Origin: a virus
Virus record (IMG/VR): IMGVR_UViG_3300042882_000327
Span: 25,960-89,959 of that record
Length of the DNA: 64,000 nucleotides
Reading direction: 5' to 3' (one strand)
Shown in pieces: positions 29,871 through 38,619 of this stretch (positions are counted from its first letter, which is position 1; each line of letters opens with the position of its first letter). The position numbers were made by a program, and so were the translations under genes. The notes beneath the pieces are model-generated. The model ran no database searches. It had not been told where the DNA came from and worked only from the letters and a program-made list of their open reading frames with translations.

Positions 29871-29896
29871 ATTATTTTTATAGGTAAATAAAGTAG

Positions 29897-29904
29897 TATT
29901 TATA
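29897..29904 (-). promoter_or_regulatory. T4-type late promoter
   Basis: TATAAATA. Confidence 0.75.
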
Positions 29905-29944
29905 AACAATATAAAGGATGGGTTTGTAAAAAAATTAGATTAAT

Positions 29945-29972
29945 AAAAAAAGGGAGCCGAAGCTCCCTTTTT
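29945..29972 (-). terminator. intrinsic terminator after gp23
   Basis: GGGAGC-UUCG-GCUCCC then U-run; identical core at 38576-38602. Confidence 0.9.
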
Positions 29973-29992
29973 GTTTTCCGTTTTAAACGGTA

Positions 29993-31273
29993 TTACATAA
30001 TATTGCGAACGGCAAAGATTCTGTAATAAACGTTCTTACGAGCAGTTAGTCTACCTTGACCAACATCTAGACCTTCCGCAAATGGGTTTGCAACCATTCC
30101 GTAACGAGTCTTGAAGCCAATCTTAGGTTGGAAAGTAGCTGGATCAACTGCACGAACCATTTGTAGAGGAACGTATGGGCAGTAGAATAGACCAGCATCA
30201 TAAGGGGAAGTACCCTTATAACCAACTGTAACTAGTTCAGTACCAGCAGACATACCGCCGAAGTAAGGATCGATATAGACCTTAATACGACCATGTAGCA
30301 TACCAGCATAGGTGTTACCAGTATCGTCAACTTGTAGATCAGCAGATAGTGCTGGGGTGTATTGTAGAACACCAGCCATAGCTAGAGCGGAAGCTACGTC
30401 AGAAGAAACGATAAGGATATTACCTTTCCCTCTACGAGTTTCTTTTGCAATTGCGTTGGCTTCTCTTTCGATATGATAGATTAGACCTTTGAAACGTTCA
30501 ACGGACCAACGACCATTAGAGTCGGTATCTAGATCGAACACACCAGGAGTTACAGTACCCCATTGAGCACCAGGCTTTGCAACTTGGTAAATGGTACGGA
30601 TAACTTCACGGTTGATTTCAGCAAGAATTTCTGTAGAAAGAATATTGCTTAGTTCGGTTTCTGCATCTAGACCATGAATTGCTTTTAGGTCTTGTGCTAG
30701 TTCGATTGAATATTCAGCCTTTAACGCACGAGTGTTAGCTGTTACAGTAACCTTGTCGATTGTAACTGCCATGTTTGCAGGTTCAATACCTTCACCAGTA
30801 GCAGTAGACATTCCTTTACCAGAAGTAAAGATATCGGTATTAGCGATATTAGCAACTGGGTTATTGGAAGTGTCAGAATCGTAACCACGACCGATAATAC
30901 CAGAGAAAATGGTATTAGCTTCGTTGTAGAATGCTTCGTTATTGTTTTGTGAAGTATAACGTGAACGTAGAGCAAAGATTAGTCCAGTAGGACCAGTCAT
31001 TGGCTGTACACCAGCAACATCATACGCAATTAGGTTAGGAAGCGAACGACGAACTAGACTGATTAGAATAGGATCGAAGTTTTGGATTCCACCAGCAACG
31101 TTAGTTGGTGCGGTTTCGTTAATGGCCTGACGTTCAGCATCCATAGCTTTTTGTTGGTTCTCAAGAACCATAGCTGTGACTGCCTTCTTGTAGGGGTCTT
31201 TAATTGGGTCTAGTTCTGGATGTTCCAGAATTGGACTCCACTTGTTTACAACTTCTTCTTCGTTTAAATACAT
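29993..31273 (-). CDS. gp23: major capsid protein
   Basis: GVQPMTGPTGLIFALR, ELAQDLKAIHGLDAE, YCPYVPL, GFKTRYG. Confidence 0.98.
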   Translation of the reverse strand: MYLNEEEVVNKWSPILEHPELDPIKDPYKKAVTAMVLENQQKAMDAERQAINETAPTNVAGGIQNFDPILISLVRRSLPNLIAYDVAGVQPMTGPTGLIFALRSRYTSQNNNEAFYNEANTIFSGIIGRGYDSDTSNNPVANIANTDIFTSGKGMSTATGEGIEPANMAVTIDKVTVTANTRALKAEYSIELAQDLKAIHGLDAETELSNILSTEILAEINREVIRTIYQVAKPGAQWGTVTPGVFDLDTDSNGRWSVERFKGLIYHIEREANAIAKETRRGKGNILIVSSDVASALAMAGVLQYTPALSADLQVDDTGNTYAGMLHGRIKVYIDPYFGGMSAGTELVTVGYKGTSPYDAGLFYCPYVPLQMVRAVDPATFQPKIGFKTRYGMVANPFAEGLDVGQGRLTARKNVYYRIFAVRNIM

Positions 31274-31305
31274 TGTAGGTTTCTCCTTAATAAAATATTA
31301 TTTAA

Positions 31306-31313
31306 TATTTATA
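31306..31313 (-). promoter_or_regulatory. T4-type late promoter
   Basis: TATAAATA upstream of gp23. Confidence 0.8.
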
Positions 31314-31318
31314 AAAAA

Positions 31319-32713
31319 TTAAAATTTAGCGAGTCTAGTAATCTTGTTAACATAAGATTCGATTAAGGGATCGACTACTTTAGTCGTATTGTCTTCATCG
31401 ATTTCAATCATGTCGTTTAAAGAATCTGTAGATGCTGTTCTGATTTCTGTTGGGAAATAGCTTTCCTTGATAGAAACTAATTTTTCTGAAAAATCTTCTT
31501 CAGAAACGAACTCAACATTCTTAGCTAGTGCTCTAACTTTCTCAGCTTGAGATAGTGTTAGACCTTCACATGCTAGATGAACTACTTCTTCTTTTCTGTG
31601 TTCGGATAGAGACTTCTTTAGATCAATATTCTTTAGATGTTGTTCATTGATTTGATCTTCTAGCTCTTCAACGCGATCAGCTAGTTGTTCAACGATATCA
31701 ACTTTATCTTCTGGAATATCAATATAATGTTCTACGAACACATTCTTTAATGCTCCGATGAAATCTTCTACGATCTCAGAACGAAGTCCTTTTTCGATAG
31801 CTAATTCATTTTCAGCCATCCAATTTTCAACAACGTAGTCTAGGTAAGAATCTAGCTTAGATGCAAAATCTTCCTTAACTACTTCTAGAGTTTCTTCAAA
31901 CTCAGCAATATACTTTTCTTCTAGTTCAGAAGCGATTTCTTCAACACGAGCTTCAACAGCCGCTTCGAAGATCATAGAAGCCTTTTCTTTGAATTCTTCA
32001 GAAAGGTTTTCGCCAGAAAGCATGGCATCAACGTCTTCTTTAACCTTCATTTTCATTTCGTCTTTCTTTGCTTTTTTTGCTTTCTTATTTTCTTCTTCGT
32101 CTTCGTCTTCATCGTCATAGGAATCGCAACTGTCGCCTTCCATGATTCTTACTGCTTCGTCTTTATCGCAACCATATTTTTCCATGAAAGATTCATCTTC
32201 CATATTTTCTAAGTCTTCCATAACTTCTTCAATGGTAGCTTCTTCCAATTCTTCCTCTTCTTCGTACTCTTCTTCTTCTTCTCCTTCGCAAGCTGCAACA
32301 GCTTTAGGATTGCCTTGCTTCTTGACGGAAGCTAGAGTGGCCTTAGTACGTTCGCCCTTTTCGGCGGATTTAGAAGTTTCTGGTTCGATTTCTGGGGACT
32401 TAGCTAGATCAGAACGACCAGCCTTTTCGCCTGGTTGAGTTGATAACTTCTTCATTGGTTCGGAACCAACTGGTGGGGTTTTACCCGGAGCAGTTGCTGT
32501 AGGAACTCCATTAGTAGGATCTAGAGCACTGTCATCAGTTGAATAACCATTTCTACCAATATCTTTTGTAGACTGCTGTGGAGCAGTTACGCTTGGCTTA
32601 TATCCATCTCCGAAAGATGCAGATGGAGCAGCCTTTTTGCTGGCAGCAAGATTAGCAGAAGCATCACCTTCTAGAATCTTTGCAGCAGCTTCAGATAAAT
32701 TTAATTTAGACAT
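31319..32713 (-). CDS. gp22: prohead core scaffold protein
   Basis: LSEEFKEKASMIFEAAV, YLDYVVENWM, acidic coiled coil; synteny. Confidence 0.9.
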   Translation of the reverse strand: MSKLNLSEAAAKILEGDASANLAASKKAAPSASFGDGYKPSVTAPQQSTKDIGRNGYSTDDSALDPTNGVPTATAPGKTPPVGSEPMKKLSTQPGEKAGRSDLAKSPEIEPETSKSAEKGERTKATLASVKKQGNPKAVAACEGEEEEEYEEEEELEEATIEEVMEDLENMEDESFMEKYGCDKDEAVRIMEGDSCDSYDDEDEDEEENKKAKKAKKDEMKMKVKEDVDAMLSGENLSEEFKEKASMIFEAAVEARVEEIASELEEKYIAEFEETLEVVKEDFASKLDSYLDYVVENWMAENELAIEKGLRSEIVEDFIGALKNVFVEHYIDIPEDKVDIVEQLADRVEELEDQINEQHLKNIDLKKSLSEHRKEEVVHLACEGLTLSQAEKVRALAKNVEFVSEEDFSEKLVSIKESYFPTEIRTASTDSLNDMIEIDEDNTTKVVDPLIESYVNKITRLAKF

Positions 32714-32753
32714 TTATAATCTCCTTAAATATGCTTAAATATATTATATAAGT

Positions 32754-32761
32754 TATTTATA
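32754..32761 (-). promoter_or_regulatory. T4-type late promoter
   Basis: TATAAATA upstream of gp22. Confidence 0.8.
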
Positions 32762-32774
32762 AGAATGGATTTTT

Positions 32775-33440
32775 TTACAATCTATTCATATAGTTTTCAA
32801 AAATCTTTAAAGCTACTGCTTCAATATCTTTTGATTTTACTTTCTTCAATGTTTGCTTCGCTTCTTCTCTGTACTGTTGTACCCAACCTTTGCCATCGAC
32901 AAACATCCACTCGGCATCTTCCATAATGCCATCAACCCAACAGGACAATCCTGATGGTTGTAGAACTGCATCTACACAAGAAATTGTAAAGTCTCCTTGT
33001 ACAACTTTAATACCATTCTCTCCTTCTTTAATAGAACCTAATGCTCTAGAAGAACAACCAAAAGAAACTCCTCCCTCGATTAGAGCTTGTAGTTCTTTTC
33101 CTGCGGCGGTTTCTAAAATTTTCGCTTTACCATAAACATCTCCTTTATCGGAACCTTTTCTTTCCAATCTAAGTTCTGTGATGATGTGAGAAATCTTGCC
33201 TTCGGAAATTCTTGGACTATCTTCGTGGCCCAATGTACCAACCGCTCTATTACGATCTACATAATCTTCAATATATTTCTCTACCGCTGGAAACATTACG
33301 TTTTCTTGATAGATTCTATTGTTTCTGTTAGCAACTCCCCATTCCATAAATGGACCTTGGATATAATAATTCTTTTTTCCAGAAGCAGTAGATTCTGTCA
33401 AAACTTCAAAATCTTCTATATCTTCTCTTAGTAATTTCAT
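32775..33440 (-). CDS. gp21: prohead protease
   Basis: NRNNRIY, GTLGH, SSRALGS, DAVLQPS. Confidence 0.93.
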   Translation of the reverse strand: MKLLREDIEDFEVLTESTASGKKNYYIQGPFMEWGVANRNNRIYQENVMFPAVEKYIEDYVDRNRAVGTLGHEDSPRISEGKISHIITELRLERKGSDKGDVYGKAKILETAAGKELQALIEGGVSFGCSSRALGSIKEGENGIKVVQGDFTISCVDAVLQPSGLSCWVDGIMEDAEWMFVDGKGWVQQYREEAKQTLKKVKSKDIEAVALKIFENYMNRL

Positions 33441-33468
33441 TTATATTCCTCTTTAATTTGAAATTGTT

Positions 33469-33960
33469 TTATATTGAATCAGAATCCAATTTTTTTAATT
33501 GTTTTTTATATAAATTTGGTTCGTGTTCCTTAACTTTTTCTTTTCTAATGTGAGATAAAGTAGATCTAACAAGCAATGATGGTTTGTATGGCTCGTTTTG
33601 TTCTTTGATAGAAGCATGTTTTCTCCATGCAGAATATACATCTCTTGTAGAAAATGGAGAAACATCTTTTCCATGTGGAGAAAGAACTATATCTTCATGT
33701 CCTGGTTTTTTATATACTTTATGACTTGTCTTATTTTGTCTAGCAAATCTATAACCAATACCAGTCAATATATTATGAGCTTGTGAAAATTTCATAATTG
33801 TTGGTCTATTACTCGTCAACATAGAAGAAGATATATCAATTCTTTTTTCTTGTAATTTTAAACATATTTTTTCTTTAATAATATCTTCTAATATGATATT
33901 AGCCCGATCTATATCATTTTCTACCAAACAATTTATTAAATTTTTTATTTTTTCGGACAT
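33469..33960 (-). CDS. prohead-core (gp67-like) anchor fused to HicA-like domain
   Basis: N-terminal helix ending LQEKRIDISSSM resembles 35318-36217 N-terminus; residues ~56-110 match HicA pattern. Confidence 0.55.
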   Translation of the reverse strand: MSEKIKNLINCLVENDIDRANIILEDIIKEKICLKLQEKRIDISSSMLTSNRPTIMKFSQAHNILTGIGYRFARQNKTSHKVYKKPGHEDIVLSPHGKDVSPFSTRDVYSAWRKHASIKEQNEPYKPSLLVRSTLSHIRKEKVKEHEPNLYKKQLKKLDSDSI

Positions 33961-33972
33961 TTTTAAATTACC

Positions 33973-34395
33973 TTAAATCGTTGCTAATTGAAAATGCATA
34001 CCATCTGGTTTTTTCCAATAACCACCCCATGCAAATCCCGCATCTGTAAAACATTTTACTAATTCCGGAGACATGGTTGGGGGTTTTCCAAATCTATTCC
34101 ATGCAGCATTGATATCAATAGCAATTCCCCAAGAATGGAGAGACATTGATTTCGCCCCACGTTTTGATCTAATATTAAAACAACCATCCCATGTTTTGAG
34201 TTGGTCTGTTAGTCCTCTATGTAATATATTTTCAAATGCATTTGTTAAAGGAATTATCATATCTTTATTACAATAAATCTTTTTTGGGATAACTCCTACG
34301 TGTAAATAATTTGGAACGACCCAAAGAGTCATATTAGACTCTTTAAATGGGTTTCCATATTTTTTCCAACATTGTTCAGAAGTCACCAAAGACAT
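33973..34395 (-). CDS. M15-family peptidoglycan peptidase (putative endolysin)
   Basis: SLHSWGIAIDIN and WGG.W..PDGMHFQ motifs. Confidence 0.85.
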   Translation of the reverse strand: MSLVTSEQCWKKYGNPFKESNMTLWVVPNYLHVGVIPKKIYCNKDMIIPLTNAFENILHRGLTDQLKTWDGCFNIRSKRGAKSMSLHSWGIAIDINAAWNRFGKPPTMSPELVKCFTDAGFAWGGYWKKPDGMHFQLATI

Positions 34396-34396
34396 A

Positions 34397-34921
34397 TTAT
34401 TCTCCGGTCATTATTACCAAGTTGGTATTTGCACCAATAGCAGTAACATTAGCTCTCATATAAGCCCAGCCTGGTTTTAGTGTGATATATGTAGTATTGC
34501 CAGAATCTGATCCATGAGTTACAGTATTCGAAGCAATCCAATGATTTCCATCCAAGGAAACATCAACTTTATATGAAGCACCGCCAGTACCATTTACATA
34601 AGATTGTACAATAGTATCGGTTCCGGTTGCTCTTGGTAAAGTATGTTCTGGCTTTGTTCCAGTTTGTCCGGATAAAAATCCATTAATACAATAATTATCA
34701 ATTCCTTGCATATGTTTATTGCATTGAACTGTAAATGTATTTGAGGATGTTACTGTTGCAGTTGCTGTATACGCATCATAACTTGCACCAGATGTTAATG
34801 TGACTTCTGCTCCTGTAAATAATCCGTGATTATTGGCTGTTATAGTGATGACATTATTAGTATAAGTAAATGAATTTACTGGAAAAAATTGTTTAATGTA
34901 TCTTACTCGTGAAACGCTCAT
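34397..34921 (-). CDS. hypothetical beta-rich virion protein
   Basis: 174-aa Thr/Asn-rich ORF in head cluster. Confidence 0.55.
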   Translation of the reverse strand: MSVSRVRYIKQFFPVNSFTYTNNVITITANNHGLFTGAEVTLTSGASYDAYTATATVTSSNTFTVQCNKHMQGIDNYCINGFLSGQTGTKPEHTLPRATGTDTIVQSYVNGTGGASYKVDVSLDGNHWIASNTVTHGSDSGNTTYITLKPGWAYMRANVTAIGANTNLVIMTGE

Positions 34922-35314
34922 TTATGTTTCCTTATTAAATTTATCTACAGAATATTTTAACATCTGTAAAAAGTTAGTTTCTGATTCAAGTATATATTCT
35001 TCAAATTCTACCTTACCATCGGAAATGGATTCATATAATTCTAGAATAGACTTTGAACATTCTTCGTTAATATTCAATGTAGAACCATCATGAAAATATA
35101 ATGGTTCTACTTCTTCTATGGATTTTAACTGTTCTATGATAGAAAAATCGCATTCCATTAGTTCTAGGCCATTCTTCTCGTAATTTAAAGAAAAATACTT
35201 TTTTAACTGTTCGCAAAAATACAAAGCAACTTTTTGACCTCCCGGAAAGGTCTGAATAGCAGTTCTTCTCAGAACTAGATTTACAGGAGGTTCTCTAAAA
35301 GTTTTCTTTTTCAT
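34922..35314 (-). CDS. conserved hypothetical protein (head cluster)
   Basis: PPVNLVLRRTAIQTFPGGQKVALY; tight operon spacing. Confidence 0.6.
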   Translation of the reverse strand: MKKKTFREPPVNLVLRRTAIQTFPGGQKVALYFCEQLKKYFSLNYEKNGLELMECDFSIIEQLKSIEEVEPLYFHDGSTLNINEECSKSILELYESISDGKVEFEEYILESETNFLQMLKYSVDKFNKET

Positions 35315-35317
35315 TTA

Positions 35318-36217
35318 TTATTCTTCTACTTCTTCATTAGTAGCTTTCTTCTTTGCGGCATAATATGCACCAAGAGCCATTTGTCTTCTTTCTTCTTTAG
35401 ATTTTCCTTCAAATCTGGAATCGTCAGAATGGACAAAATCTTTAATCCAAGCAGAAACGCCATCAGAAACTGATAATTTTTCTTCCAATTCTTCAGATTC
35501 TTTTCTAATCATTTTAAAATCTTGAGAATCTAATCTTCCGTTTTTATTTTTATCCAGTTTACGCTGTTTTCCTATAAGTTTTTCTTCTAAAGATTCATTA
35601 GCAGATTTTTCGGATGCAATTTTTACACCATGATATGTGTGGTCTGGAAATTTTGTATGCATTATTTTAATAGCTTTATCATTGGCATGTTTTGTAGTTT
35701 TTGCTTTAACTTCAAAATCGTGTCTATTACTTCGGTCATCATGCGGACTATTAGAAGCATATCCTGTAAATTTGAAAGTGGCTTCTTCCAAAGATTCATT
35801 AGCAGATTTTTTTAAATATCTTTGCATATACCAATCAGGAGTACCATTGTTTTTTCTCCAATATAAAACACCAGAAGCATCATTTACTTGATCTAAATAT
35901 TTTGCTTCTGCTTTGTCTCCAGAAATTGTACCATGTGTTCTCATGGCTTTTGCAGCTTCGCCAGCATCTTTCATGATAAATCTTAGTTGATCATCAGATT
36001 TACTGTGATATTCGTGGCCTTCTAATGGATGTTGTTTAGATTTTCTGGCTTCTTCCAAAGATTCATTAGTATTCATGAATGATTGAGCAACTTCAATTCT
36101 TTTTGATTCTAGAGCATCAACAATTTTAGATTGAATGGCCGCTGTAATTGATGCTTGCATATCAGCAATATTATCGGACGAAGCATATTCAATAGCGTTT
36201 TTAATGTTTTCTTCCAT
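35318..36217 (-). CDS. prohead core (gp67-like) polyprotein with NESLEE linkers
   Basis: Directly after portal; core-like N-terminus; three NESLEE repeats separating distinct modules. Confidence 0.65.
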   Translation of the reverse strand: MEENIKNAIEYASSDNIADMQASITAAIQSKIVDALESKRIEVAQSFMNTNESLEEARKSKQHPLEGHEYHSKSDDQLRFIMKDAGEAAKAMRTHGTISGDKAEAKYLDQVNDASGVLYWRKNNGTPDWYMQRYLKKSANESLEEATFKFTGYASNSPHDDRSNRHDFEVKAKTTKHANDKAIKIMHTKFPDHTYHGVKIASEKSANESLEEKLIGKQRKLDKNKNGRLDSQDFKMIRKESEELEEKLSVSDGVSAWIKDFVHSDDSRFEGKSKEERRQMALGAYYAAKKKATNEEVEE

Positions 36218-36260
36218 TTAAGATTCCTCTTAATATTAGTTATTAATTATTAGTTATTTA

Positions 36261-37922
36261 TTACTGTTGTATATTATACGGATTATTATTTCTTGATGTC
36301 GATTGTTGTGGTTGTTGCGATTGTTCTTGCTCTGCTCCAGCATCTATTTGTTGATCTGGTTGTGGCATTAACTTATTAGTAAGTTCCGCAGCTTGCGCCT
36401 GAAGAGTAATTTGCTTTTCTTGATCTTCGGATTGCTGTGTAAAGTCGGTGATTCTTTCTTCTGCAATTTCCTCGTCCATCAACTTCATTTCTTCTTCGTT
36501 CAAACGAAGAATATTTTCTCTAATCCATTTCTTAGAATAATATTTACCAACAAAAGGATCTACTGTAGCTAGAATATTTAACCTTTCGGTCATTAATTCG
36601 GATTCTTTCAATTCTACGAAATTATTATCAACCGTAAAATCGAAATAAATGTCTTGTTTAAATTGTTCCCATTCTTCTTCTGTGCAAATTCCTTTTAGAA
36701 CTAACTGCACTCTCATAGCTTGATAGAAAATATCAGAGAATTTCTTCCTTAGTTTATCAACAAATTTAGAGAATTTTAATTCATCTCTAGTAATTTCCAT
36801 TGAACGTCCAATGGATACTGCTTGACCCGGATCTAGTCTTGTAACAGGAACATTCAATGATTTATATAGTTTTTGCTGGAAATATTCCACCATTGCCATA
36901 TCATTGAAATTGTCTGTCGATTGAAGGGTGGTAATTTCCGTGCCTTTTCCCCCATCAGAACGACGAGGTAGCCAAAAATCTTCCAACATGGAAAGATGTC
37001 TTCTATCATCTCTAACTTCGCCGGTGTTCGCATCATATACCAATTTATTTTTATATTTGGTCATGATATCACGAACATATTGTTCGGCTTTTTGTTTAGG
37101 TAAATTACCAACATCAATATAGAACACTCTTCTTTGTGGTGCTCTAGAAATTTTGTAAATGACTGAAGCATCTTCAATCATTCGTAATTGGTTTAATGGT
37201 TTAATTGCTTTATGTAAATAACTCAATACCATCGATCTTCTAGGGTCCATTAATCCCGAAGTGACGTAAATTATTGAATCTGTTGCTATTTTTACTCCAA
37301 GAGTAGTTAGACTTTGTGTTACCTTGTCATTATAGACGTAGTATTCTTCCACTTTATCAATTAGATCGACACCAGTTTGCGGGTCTTTTACTTTTTTGAT
37401 TTGCCTAACTTTTTTAATTCTTCTTGGGTCGATATATCGTAATTCGAGAATTCCCTTTTGGGGATTATTAACATCAATAATAATTTGATAAAATAAACGT
37501 CCATCGACATAATATCTTCTGAATATATCAGAAGACATATTACTATAGTTTAGTAGTCTCTGGACGTTATCGAATTCGTCATAAATGGCTTTTTTGATTT
37601 TGTCTGATTGCTTTAAATCGTCTGTTACTAATTTAATGCTTTTACCATCGTCATCATTAACGATAGCTTCGTTAACAACATCTTCGATGGCAGCTTCAAT
37701 TTCGGGTTGCATACTCATCTCTCTATAACGAGTGATAAGTTCAATTTCGTTTTTAGCAACGCCTTCGACATCTATAGATGCAGAACCAAAGAATGCCGAA
37801 GAAGATATAGTAAGAGAACCATCATCGTCAGGTGGTTGGACAAAGGTTTTATTATCTACTTCCTCTTCGGATTTTCTTCGAATTTTAAATCCAAATAAAG
37901 AAAAACTATTTTTATCAGCCAT
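36261..37922 (-). CDS. gp20: portal protein
   Basis: YYVDGR, SYLHKAIKPLNQLRMIED, RAPQRRVFYIDVGNLP, EDFWLPRR, ITRDELKF. Confidence 0.97.
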   Translation of the reverse strand: MADKNSFSLFGFKIRRKSEEEVDNKTFVQPPDDDGSLTISSSAFFGSASIDVEGVAKNEIELITRYREMSMQPEIEAAIEDVVNEAIVNDDDGKSIKLVTDDLKQSDKIKKAIYDEFDNVQRLLNYSNMSSDIFRRYYVDGRLFYQIIIDVNNPQKGILELRYIDPRRIKKVRQIKKVKDPQTGVDLIDKVEEYYVYNDKVTQSLTTLGVKIATDSIIYVTSGLMDPRRSMVLSYLHKAIKPLNQLRMIEDASVIYKISRAPQRRVFYIDVGNLPKQKAEQYVRDIMTKYKNKLVYDANTGEVRDDRRHLSMLEDFWLPRRSDGGKGTEITTLQSTDNFNDMAMVEYFQQKLYKSLNVPVTRLDPGQAVSIGRSMEITRDELKFSKFVDKLRKKFSDIFYQAMRVQLVLKGICTEEEWEQFKQDIYFDFTVDNNFVELKESELMTERLNILATVDPFVGKYYSKKWIRENILRLNEEEMKLMDEEIAEERITDFTQQSEDQEKQITLQAQAAELTNKLMPQPDQQIDAGAEQEQSQQPQQSTSRNNNPYNIQQ

Positions 37923-37958
37923 GAATACCTCTAATTACATAACAAAAAAATACAAATA

Positions 37959-38501
37959 TTAGATAAAATCAGTGGTTTCTATATGCTGCCACCAGTTCAT
38001 CGCAAAAGTAACAGAAAATTCTGCAATTCTGTCATTATCGCCCCAATCTACTGGAATAGCACCGATATCAACCGGAAAACACTTAATCATTTGATATTGT
38101 GCTTTGATAGAACCGTCTTTTCCATATTGAATAACTTTTCCATCCATTTGATAAACGGCTGGAGAAACATATGTAACACTTCTTACGTTTTGTACGTGTC
38201 TATTCAATTGATCAGACCATCTTTCTAAAAAAGCTCTTGGACCATCAAAAGTTAGATCATCTTCGTCTAATAGAACACTAATAGTCCAATCTCCAAAAAC
38301 TCTATTACCGGCGAATTTGGCTTGACGACCAAAATAAAATGCTGGAGCAACCCCGATGCTAGAAGCAGGAATTGCAGAAGCCTTTGCTCTAATAGGCATT
38401 TTTAGACCAGTTCCAACTTGGTCAAAGAATATTTCAAAAAGATTTGGTCTTAGACCATCTCTTTGCATTTCTGAAATGAAATTATTAATATTAAACGCCA
38501 T
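37959..38501 (-). CDS. gp19: tail tube protein
   Basis: RPNLFE, GRQAKFAGNRVFGDW, FPVDIG...EFSVTF. Confidence 0.93.
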   Translation of the reverse strand: MAFNINNFISEMQRDGLRPNLFEIFFDQVGTGLKMPIRAKASAIPASSIGVAPAFYFGRQAKFAGNRVFGDWTISVLLDEDDLTFDGPRAFLERWSDQLNRHVQNVRSVTYVSPAVYQMDGKVIQYGKDGSIKAQYQMIKCFPVDIGAIPVDWGDNDRIAEFSVTFAMNWWQHIETTDFI

Positions 38502-38533
38502 TGTTCATCTCCTTTAAAGATAGGTATATTATT

Positions 38534-38548
38534 TATTTAGTATTTATA
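38534..38548 (-). promoter_or_regulatory. tandem T4-type late promoter boxes
   Basis: TATAAATA overlapping ACTAAATA upstream of gp19. Confidence 0.75.
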
Positions 38549-38575
38549 AAAAATGCAAATTCAAGTTTTTTATAG

Positions 38576-38602
38576 AAAAAAAGGGAGCCGAAGCTCCCTT
38601 TT
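38576..38602 (-). terminator. intrinsic terminator after gp18
   Basis: GGGAGC-UUCG-GCUCCC then U-run. Confidence 0.9.
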
Positions 38603-38619
38603 ATGATCATATAATTATA

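Noticed and set aside
29945-38602. Identical 26-bp inverted-repeat elements after gp23 and gp18 as mobile-element ends
   Set aside because: Standard UUCG-loop intrinsic terminators of T4-like phages
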